Positions 56,001-62,906 of a DNA stretch of 64,000 nt are shown piece after piece (position 1 is the first letter of the stretch; each line of letters begins with the position of its first letter). The notes below the pieces were generated by a model. The model was not told where the DNA came from. It searched no databases and saw only the letters and a program-made list of their open reading frames with translations. The stretch lies in IMG/VR virus record IMGVR_UViG_3300034159_000059. One strand, 5' to 3'. This DNA comes from a virus. A program made the position numbers and the translations under genes.

Positions 56001-56325
56001 ACTCACCCCCGTCCACGATGAACGAGTAGCGAGAGGTGAGCTTGGGGACCCGAGCGAGTTGGATGGTCGACTTGGAGATGGGCTTGCCCGTGATGTTGTC
56101 GATCAGCTCCATCTCCGCCCGGATCGGCACACCCCAAGTCTGTTCGTTGTGCTTGGCTTGGAGCTGCGAAGCGACATCGTTCGGATCGAGAGTATCTTCC
56201 GCCCAGATTCTCTTGAGCGACAGAGTTCTCTGACTCGTCTGGATGGGGAAGATGCTGGAAATCTGCTGGATGACGCCATTGGTGAGGGTCGTCATCTTGT
56301 CGGCGGTCTTAGGCTCACCGGCCAC
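50014..56325 (-). CDS. rpoBC: Single-polypeptide bacterial-type multisubunit RNA polymerase: beta (RpoB-like) fused to beta' (RpoC-like), 2103 aa
   Basis: Beta signatures [12 protein letters not shown] and [22 protein letters not shown]…[17 protein letters not shown]; beta' catalytic motif [24 protein letters not shown]; the beta' N-terminal Zn-finger region appears absent; GTG start with GGAG RBS (alternative ATG at 56295). Confidence 0.9.
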   Translation of the reverse strand: [2103 protein letters not shown]

Positions 56326-56448
56326 GGGTGCTCCAGTTGCACCTCGCGCTGGGTGCTATATCTGTCAGCCCTCTCTCTGCGCGTCTAGAGGTCTTCGGGC
56401 CGTATCGACTCGATGCGAGGATACAAGCACGGCCCACAGCATGGCAAC

Positions 56449-56477
56449 GAAAAGGCTCGAAGATCCAAGGCATAAGA
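56449..56477 (+). promoter_or_regulatory. Candidate promoter: GAAAAG-N17-ATAAGA
   Basis: Third exact copy of the bipartite motif, at the head of the + island 56533-58213. Confidence 0.4.
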
Positions 56478-56766
56478 AGTTGCAGGAGAACTGGTAGGCA
56501 TCTCTTGCTTTTACTCCGACCAGAGAGTGGTGATGAGCACCAAGCCTAACTCTACCGAGTTCGAAGAAGAAGTCCTGAGCTCGCTGTATGGAGACGAAGA
56601 GGGCAGCGATGACGTAGACGAAGGGACCGACGAGAGGGAGGAAGAGGTATGGCAGGAATCTTCATAGGAGCGTTCGTGGTTGGAATGCTCAGCTACTTCG
56701 TGATGCGGTTCACGCAGGCTTTGCAGGAAGTCCAAGTGCAGCAGGGATGGGGCTACTGAGGGCACC

Positions 56767-57180
56767 ATGGATCGTCCGCCATTTTGCAAGATCCTCTTCG
56801 GGAAGAATGGAGGGAAGTTCACGGCGACAGGCTTGCCGGACTTCAACCGAGAGGACGAGGACGATTGGGTCCGTGGGTGCTGTACCCGAGCCTTCGACTG
56901 CGGAAGTTGTCTCTTCCTCCAGGAGTGGCTCGCAGCTCTTCAGGCGCAAGGATGGGAGTTCGGTTGGGAGTGTGATCAGTGTCTAAGAGAGACCCTCCCC
57001 CTCGATCGGCAGAACGGAGTGACCCGGTCTGTGCAGGGCTTTTATCAAGCCGGGCGACGTGCAGGTCTCACTCCCGACGATCCTGATTACGATCCAGACA
57101 TGCCAGGGCTCGAAGGTTGTACACGCAACTGTGGATGGGAGAGCAGTCTTCTACAACTCGTACTGAGGAAACGGCCATGA
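56767..57180 (+). CDS. Cys-rich hypothetical protein
   Basis: 137 aa with at least 10 Cys (CCTRAFDCGSC…WECDQC…CTRNC). Confidence 0.45.
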   Translation: MDRPPFCKILFGKNGGKFTATGLPDFNREDEDDWVRGCCTRAFDCGSCLFLQEWLAALQAQGWEFGWECDQCLRETLPLDRQNGVTRSVQGFYQAGRRAGLTPDDPDYDPDMPGLEGCTRNCGWESSLLQLVLRKRP

Positions 57181-57416
57181 GTGAAGCGGTTCTCGCAAGG
57201 AGCACGCAGTCGACTACGAAGAAGGTTGCTTGGTCCGAAGCCATGAAGATGGTGCAGGCCAAGATCAAGGACACGACGCAGCAGAAGGTGCTTCAAGCGA
57301 TGCTCTCGGGGACGTACCCCTCTGGCGACATCGCTCGGAAGCTGGGCATCCCTTGCCGCGAGGTGGAGCGCATCAAGGACGCCATCTGGAAGATGATCGA
57401 CGAGCTGGTGGGCTAG
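57177..57416 (+). CDS. Small protein with a sigma-70 region-4-like HTH
   Basis: …QKVLQAMLSGTYPSGDIARKLGIPCREVERIKDAIWKMIDELVG resembles sigma region 4.2/LuxR-type HTH; ATGA overlap with the upstream gene. Confidence 0.5.
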   Translation: MSEAVLARSTQSTTKKVAWSEAMKMVQAKIKDTTQQKVLQAMLSGTYPSGDIARKLGIPCREVERIKDAIWKMIDELVG

Positions 57417-57632
57417 GTGTCTTGCGCCCTTTGCGGAGGGCCGATCCTCAAGGGGCAGTGGTGGGCGCGCACTCAGGCCTTCGTCAACATCATCGACGCG
57501 CATGGGCAGGCAGTATCCGTCCCTGTTGTCTTGGAGGACGGAGCTTCTAACAAAGAGGCTCACTACGGCTGTCTTCTCAAACGCTGCCCAGAACTGATCG
57601 GTGTGAAATGGGGTGAGCCGAGAGAACCATGA
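57417..57632 (+). CDS. Cys-rich small protein
   Basis: GTG start; CALCGG…YGCLLKRC. Confidence 0.4.
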   Translation: MSCALCGGPILKGQWWARTQAFVNIIDAHGQAVSVPVVLEDGASNKEAHYGCLLKRCPELIGVKWGEPREP

Positions 57633-58213
57633 CCAACTTCTACAATCCAACACCTCAACAAGGAACCCCATCTCTCGGGCCCTACACCGAGCAACAAGCT
57701 CCGTTCCTTGAATGCTCGAACTGCGGTACTCCGATCACGGTGGGGCAGCGCTACACCATGGTATGCGAGTACCTGCTAGGAGTGGACCTAGCCACAGGGC
57801 AGCTTGTTCCAGTGGCTTGTGTCGACTTCGAGGAAAGTGTAGCGGTCCACTCCGCGTGCTCCGCAGAGTACGCCCACGATCAGATCACCAAAGAGCCCTG
57901 CGGAAAGGACGAGGAAGATGCGCAGAGTGATTGTCCCTTCTGCGGAGCGGAGGGATGCACCCATTGTAGGGAACGTCTTCGAGAAGTTGATGCGTCCTTG
58001 CTCAAGGAACCAGTGACTCGTTCAGACATCCTCGACCAAGAGGATATGATCGAGAACGCCGTAGGGGTTCAGAAGTTCCTCTTCGACCGGGTTCGGAACG
58101 GGCAGCCGGACACGGCTGTAACGAACGAGCTCTGGTACATCCATGAGCTTCTCAATCAAGCAGCCGAGAGGCTGTCGAACCTTCGAGCCGCAGGAGTGTT
58201 TCCAGACACGTAG
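57629..58213 (+). CDS. Cys-rich hypothetical protein (zinc-binding-like)
   Basis: ECSNCGT…DCPFCGAEGCTHC motifs; ATGA overlap. Confidence 0.5.
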   Translation: MTNFYNPTPQQGTPSLGPYTEQQAPFLECSNCGTPITVGQRYTMVCEYLLGVDLATGQLVPVACVDFEESVAVHSACSAEYAHDQITKEPCGKDEEDAQSDCPFCGAEGCTHCRERLREVDASLLKEPVTRSDILDQEDMIENAVGVQKFLFDRVRNGQPDTAVTNELWYIHELLNQAAERLSNLRAAGVFPDT

Positions 58214-58225
58214 ATGTGGCGAGGA

Positions 58226-58258
58226 GAAGCCGACGAAGTTCGTCGGCTTCTTTTTAGC
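58226..58258 (+). terminator. Rho-independent terminator
   Basis: GAAGCCGACG-aagtt-CGTCGGCTTC followed by TTTTTAGCC. Confidence 0.75.
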
Positions 58259-58262
58259 CTGT

Positions 58263-60368
58263 CTAGACGCCCGTCGAGGATGCCCGGCGAGTTGGGCGCT
58301 GCGTCGGTTGCGGAGTCTTGGCGTCGAGAGGGCTGGGTCCTCTGTTCTGGTTGATGATTTGGAGTACCAAATTCCCGAGCTGCGGATTCGACATCCGCAC
58401 CTTGTTGATCTCCATCATCATCGCGCTCTCGCCTTGCTCGTCTCCGACCTTCTTGATCTGGTTCGCTGCTCTCTTTGCCAGATAGAGAAGGTTGTAGCCG
58501 CCACCCTTCTGACCAAGCTGGAGCGGGCTGGACGCGGAGACAGGAACCCCATCCGTCGGCGCTTGCTGCGCGTTGTCTGGAGAGACCGTCGACCCTTCTG
58601 GCATTCCTGGAGCGGCTTGGGGACCTGGGACCATCTCCCCTTCCTGCCCAGACTGCTGACCTCCCATGCCCGGCATCCCAGGCATGCCTCCAGCCTGGGA
58701 TGGGTCTTGTCCCTCTCCCTGCGCGCCTGCCGGGCCGCCGGCACCTGCCTGAGCGTCGGCACCCGCTCCAGCGCCTGCCCCTTGCTGGCCACCCGCTCCC
58801 CCCGTCGCCTCCATGAGCTCCTGCTGCGCCTTTGCCTGATACCGGGTCTGGACCATCATCATCTCGCCCTGGATACCGGCTTGGGCGAGCTGCTGCTTCC
58901 GCATGACGTCGAGTTTGTGGTCCAGCTCCAGAGCCTTCCGCTCTTCCTCCACGGCGATGTCCTGGTCGACCTCGGATAGAAGCGTCTGGTCTGAGAGCTT
59001 GTCCGCCTGGTTGAGGGTGAACATGAAGTTGGAGCGCTGGAGATCGTCAGCCATCTTGAAGCGCTTCATGTGAGCCCGGACAATGGGCCACTGCATGAAG
59101 TTGGCGATTCGACGGATGACGAAGTTGTTGAGCATGTTCTCGTGGTCCTGACGGTACCCGATGAACATGTTCTCCAGCATTCGCATCGAAACGTTCGACC
59201 CCGAGTAGGTGAGGCCGCCGTAGACGAACTCTTGAGGAACGCCCATGCCGGCCACGATCTGTTTCGACCAGACGTCCATCTCTTGGTAGAGACCGAGGGC
59301 CTTCCCGTCCCCTCCAATGGACTCGTTCCCGATCGGCACAGGAAGGATGGGGAGGTAGTTGTTGTCGTACTTCCACTTGGCGATCTCTGCCTCGATACGC
59401 TGGCGCCAAGAGTTCAGGTCGAGAGTGGTGTACGGATCGCTGGTGTTTGAGCCTGCCTGGGGGAAGAGGATGCGCAGCGGGACGATGTGCTCCTGAGCGA
59501 TCGACTCCTGAGCCTTGCGAAGGATCTGGAGGTAGAAGGTGTCCTTCAGGACCGGCAGGATGAGAGGCATGCCCCAGCCGTTGTCCTTCTGGGAGATGAT
59601 GGGGCGCTTGAAGACGAAGATGTTGTCGTCGGTGAAGCGGATGTACTTGTTGCGCCGCAGAGCCTCGACGAAGATGTCAGGGACGGTGTCGAGAACGTTC
59701 TTCTTCCCCAGGATAAGATCGTTCTTGAGCTGAAGGGGGAGTTCGAAGGTGTAGATGGGGTCTGCGCCACCGAAGCCCGGGTCGATGTTGATGTACTCCG
59801 GATTCCACCGCATCAGGCGGATGCGCCGCAAATCTCGGTCGTACCAGTCCAAGACAGCAGCAGGACCCTCCCTCCCGCACTTGTCACAAGAGATGATGTA
59901 CTCCAAGTTACGCCACTTGTAGTGGATCTTGGAGGCCTTCTCCTTATGCTTGCAGCTCTTGCAGATGAGGTACTTGGTGAAGGGGAAGTGGATGGTGACG
60001 GCGCAAATGCCGTAGGTGTAGTAGTCGAGCCCAACCTCGATCTGGAATGCTCGGTACCGAAGATGCTGACCAAGCAGGATCTCCCACTTCTCACGGATCC
60101 GCTGATCCTTCTCGTCGATGACGATCTCGGTGACGGGGTACTCACTCATCTTGTGGATGACCACGTTGATGAGTGGGTTGACGAGATAGTAGTAGCGGCA
60201 CCACCTGAGCAGCGCCTTCATCGAAGGCGGCAGATATGTGTGCGCGATGTCGAAGAAGGGAGACGGGTAGCGAACACCACTGCGGTTCGTTCCGTCAGCG
60301 GTACGTCCGCGCTGTCCCGAGAACCGGGAAGCGCCTCCGTAACCGAGGGACAGGTTGTCGTAGCTCAT
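58263..60368 (-). CDS. Putative portal protein (701 aa) with a Gly/Ala/Gln/Pro-rich C-terminal tail
   Basis: Size and position are right for a portal; low-complexity C-terminus GAGAGADAQAGAGGPAGAQGEGQ…; no motif-level proof. Confidence 0.55.
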   Translation of the reverse strand: MSYDNLSLGYGGASRFSGQRGRTADGTNRSGVRYPSPFFDIAHTYLPPSMKALLRWCRYYYLVNPLINVVIHKMSEYPVTEIVIDEKDQRIREKWEILLGQHLRYRAFQIEVGLDYYTYGICAVTIHFPFTKYLICKSCKHKEKASKIHYKWRNLEYIISCDKCGREGPAAVLDWYDRDLRRIRLMRWNPEYINIDPGFGGADPIYTFELPLQLKNDLILGKKNVLDTVPDIFVEALRRNKYIRFTDDNIFVFKRPIISQKDNGWGMPLILPVLKDTFYLQILRKAQESIAQEHIVPLRILFPQAGSNTSDPYTTLDLNSWRQRIEAEIAKWKYDNNYLPILPVPIGNESIGGDGKALGLYQEMDVWSKQIVAGMGVPQEFVYGGLTYSGSNVSMRMLENMFIGYRQDHENMLNNFVIRRIANFMQWPIVRAHMKRFKMADDLQRSNFMFTLNQADKLSDQTLLSEVDQDIAVEEERKALELDHKLDVMRKQQLAQAGIQGEMMMVQTRYQAKAQQELMEATGGAGGQQGAGAGAGADAQAGAGGPAGAQGEGQDPSQAGGMPGMPGMGGQQSGQEGEMVPGPQAAPGMPEGSTVSPDNAQQAPTDGVPVSASSPLQLGQKGGGYNLLYLAKRAANQIKKVGDEQGESAMMMEINKVRMSNPQLGNLVLQIINQNRGPSPLDAKTPQPTQRPTRRASSTGV

Positions 60369-60374
60369 TGTGTG

Positions 60375-61106
60375 TTACCTCTGGCCCTGGAGCGGAACAG
60401 CAGGAATCGTTTTACGTCCCCTCATGCGATCTGCTGCTGCTCCGGCAAGGTCCCCGAGCTTCCCTCCGATCAGAGAAGCTGAGACACCTCCGGCGAAGCC
60501 GAACGGGGCTCCGATGATGCCACCAGCCTGATCCCCTACAAGCTTGGCCGCTCTGCGAAGTCGGCTATGCCCTTGCCCCGAAGGATCTTGGCTCTTCATC
60601 ACATCACGAGCCCCGGTCGCTAGACCGTAGCCCATAAGTGCTTTCCACCCAAAACCCAGAGGCTTCCCTCCTGGACGGAAAGTGGCCTGCATCCCTTGCT
60701 GGAAGCTCTTTTGAGGGGTAAGGAAAGCGGCGGCGGCTTGTCCCATCTGACCAGCAGCGGTGGCTCCATAACTGGCAGCCCCTTGAGCTCCTCGCTGGGC
60801 CACGTTGCCGATGTAGCCGCCTACATCGCGCAAAAAAGAGATCTTCTTCAGGCCTTCCCGCGCCTTCTTCTTGTTGGCCTTCCCCCAAGACCGAAGCTCC
60901 AATCTCTTCGAAAGCTTTGGAGTGACGCTCTTCGCAGCCTTGCGCCCTACAGCATGTGCGTTGACACGGTTGTGCAGGTACGTCTGCGCGTCCCGGGACA
61001 GGTTCGTCCCTCGTATCTGAAGCATCTTCTTGGAGATGCCGGAAATCTTCTCTAGCTCATCAAGGAACGCAGGGAGGGAGTCTCTGATCACGTGGCCCCC
61101 AGCCAA
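60375..61106 (-). CDS. Gly/Ala-rich hypothetical virion protein with N-terminal PAFLDELEKIS motif
   Basis: 243-aa ORF. Confidence 0.5.
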   Translation of the reverse strand: MAGGHVIRDSLPAFLDELEKISGISKKMLQIRGTNLSRDAQTYLHNRVNAHAVGRKAAKSVTPKLSKRLELRSWGKANKKKAREGLKKISFLRDVGGYIGNVAQRGAQGAASYGATAAGQMGQAAAAFLTPQKSFQQGMQATFRPGGKPLGFGWKALMGYGLATGARDVMKSQDPSGQGHSRLRRAAKLVGDQAGGIIGAPFGFAGGVSASLIGGKLGDLAGAAADRMRGRKTIPAVPLQGQR

Positions 61107-62026
61107 CTCTTCAGAGTCGTGAGCTGTTCGGCAAGCTGCTTGCGGCGAATGTTCATGTAGTCGCGCGCCAGAAGTAGCTTGGAGACCTGCATGTCTTCCA
61201 TACTCTCTTCGTCGGGATGGAACTCGACGAAGGGGAGCTTCTCTACTTCCTTCCAGCGCTTGACGATGGGAGTCGGGTCGAACTTGACGATGAGATCGAG
61301 GTTCTTCCCCTTACCAGCATTCACCAGCTCTTGTCTTGGCTGAAGAGAGAGGCCTTGCAACGGATGTAGGCGATCCGTGCAGTTCGAGCAGAATCCGTCA
61401 TGGAAGAGAGCAGACTCTTCGTTGCCACAATCCTGGCAGCGGTAGTGGGGCTGGGAGAGTTCGAGCTGCATGAAGTCCAGAGGAGGCGGCACGTAAAAGA
61501 CGTTCTCTTCCAGCACAGTTGCTGCCATGTAGAGACGAACCTCGTCGCTGAACTTCTCACGACGAAGGAAGTCTAGGGCATCGACTGCCCCGTACAGCTC
61601 TTCCAGAGAGAGCATCTGCATGATGCGGAAGTTCGGAAGATGGTTGCCGTTCAAGGCATGCGCCACCTTCTCGAAGATCTGCCAGCGGGTCCATGGACCG
61701 GTGGAGGAGTGCAGAGCTTGGAGTGCGCGGATCTTCTGCCAACAGATCTCCGAGACGCCGGTAGAGAACTCTTGAGAGATCTCTTCGCGAACCGTCTCAG
61801 GCTCCCACCGATACCAGTCAGACCCGAAGGCTCGTAGGAGAGAGAAGTCGAGGACGACGGGGTGGGTGTTGGGACGGATGAACAGGTTCCGAAGCGTGAC
61901 CGGTTGAGAATAGTCTTGAGTCGGAGCCACGACGCGCTCCTCCGGACTACCCTCGGTCGGAGCGGTCGGCTTGACCTCGTCCAAGGAACGAAGCTTCTCG
62001 AAAAGGGTGTCTTCAGGAGTCGGCAT
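61088..62026 (-). CDS. Hypothetical protein (312 aa; CxxC…CxxC pair)
   Basis: YRCQDCGNEESALFHDGFCSNC. Confidence 0.5.
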   Translation of the reverse strand: MPTPEDTLFEKLRSLDEVKPTAPTEGSPEERVVAPTQDYSQPVTLRNLFIRPNTHPVVLDFSLLRAFGSDWYRWEPETVREEISQEFSTGVSEICWQKIRALQALHSSTGPWTRWQIFEKVAHALNGNHLPNFRIMQMLSLEELYGAVDALDFLRREKFSDEVRLYMAATVLEENVFYVPPPLDFMQLELSQPHYRCQDCGNEESALFHDGFCSNCTDRLHPLQGLSLQPRQELVNAGKGKNLDLIVKFDPTPIVKRWKEVEKLPFVEFHPDEESMEDMQVSKLLLARDYMNIRRKQLAEQLTTLKSWLGAT

Positions 62027-62553
62027 CAGCGCTCGATGATGAAGGGCTCCGTTGCCTTCGGCAGCTCGATCGACCTCTTGGGCACTGTGTTCGACTTCGG
62101 AGTGAAGGAAGAGAGCATCGCGGCCCGTTGCGGATCTTGGTGAAGACGGACAGGCGGGTGCGGTAGAACCTTCTTCTGAGCAGCTTGGAAGGCGTGCCCC
62201 AGAGCGTCAGCCTTCATGCTCCCGACCGCCGCCCTCCCTGCCCGCGCTACTCCGCTAGGCCCGAAAGGCAGCCCCGCCTTCTTCATCTTCTTGAAGGCAG
62301 AGTGCGCAAGGTGGGCAGCCGAGGGAACGCCGAGAACACCAAGGCCTGCCAGTTCGTACTTCGCGTGCCTCTTCTCTTCGTCCGAGGCCGGGTTGTTCTT
62401 GCGGAGCTTGGCGGCGCTTGGAACGGCGAGAACGCCGAGGCCCCCAAGCTCCGCGCCGTGAGCTAGATGACCTCCGTGCTGAGCAAGGAAGCCGGAGAGG
62501 CCGGCGATCTTCTGGAACTCGTCGGCGAAGGCGTGAACGGTGGTCAAGTGCAT
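62026..62553 (-). CDS. Hypothetical basic protein with N-terminal AFADEFQKIAG motif and an internal duplication
   Basis: ELGGLGVLAVPSAAKL / ELAGLGVLGVPSAAHL repeat. Confidence 0.45.
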   Translation of the reverse strand: MHLTTVHAFADEFQKIAGLSGFLAQHGGHLAHGAELGGLGVLAVPSAAKLRKNNPASDEEKRHAKYELAGLGVLGVPSAAHLAHSAFKKMKKAGLPFGPSGVARAGRAAVGSMKADALGHAFQAAQKKVLPHPPVRLHQDPQRAAMLSSFTPKSNTVPKRSIELPKATEPFIIER

Positions 62554-62561
62554 GACGTCTC

Positions 62562-62906
62562 CTACTCTACGCTGGTAATGGCTCTCCCGTACCCTCTTCC
62601 TGCTGCTGCCACGCGATCCGCGTCGGCCGCGGCCTTGGCGCCCGACGGCTTGCGCATATTCGCCTGTAGTTTCGCGAGCATGGACGACTCTGGCGACAGC
62701 TTCTTGACTGGAGGGGACGGACGCGAGGCGCGCGATGCAGAGAGAAGGGAAGAAGACTTCCGGGGAGGGATGACGATCCCCTTGGCCGCGCGGAGGTTCT
62801 GGTGCTCCGTTACGAGCTGCTTCGCGATGGGACTTTTGAGGAGAGCGCCCGTGAAGGCGATCTTCTGGAGTTCATCGAAGAAGCCGCTGAGGGTCTGGGA
62901 GTTCAT
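62562..62906 (-). CDS. Hypothetical basic protein with N-terminal GFFDELQKIA motif
   Basis: 114-aa ORF. Confidence 0.45.
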   Translation of the reverse strand: MNSQTLSGFFDELQKIAFTGALLKSPIAKQLVTEHQNLRAAKGIVIPPRKSSSLLSASRASRPSPPVKKLSPESSMLAKLQANMRKPSGAKAAADADRVAAAGRGYGRAITSVE

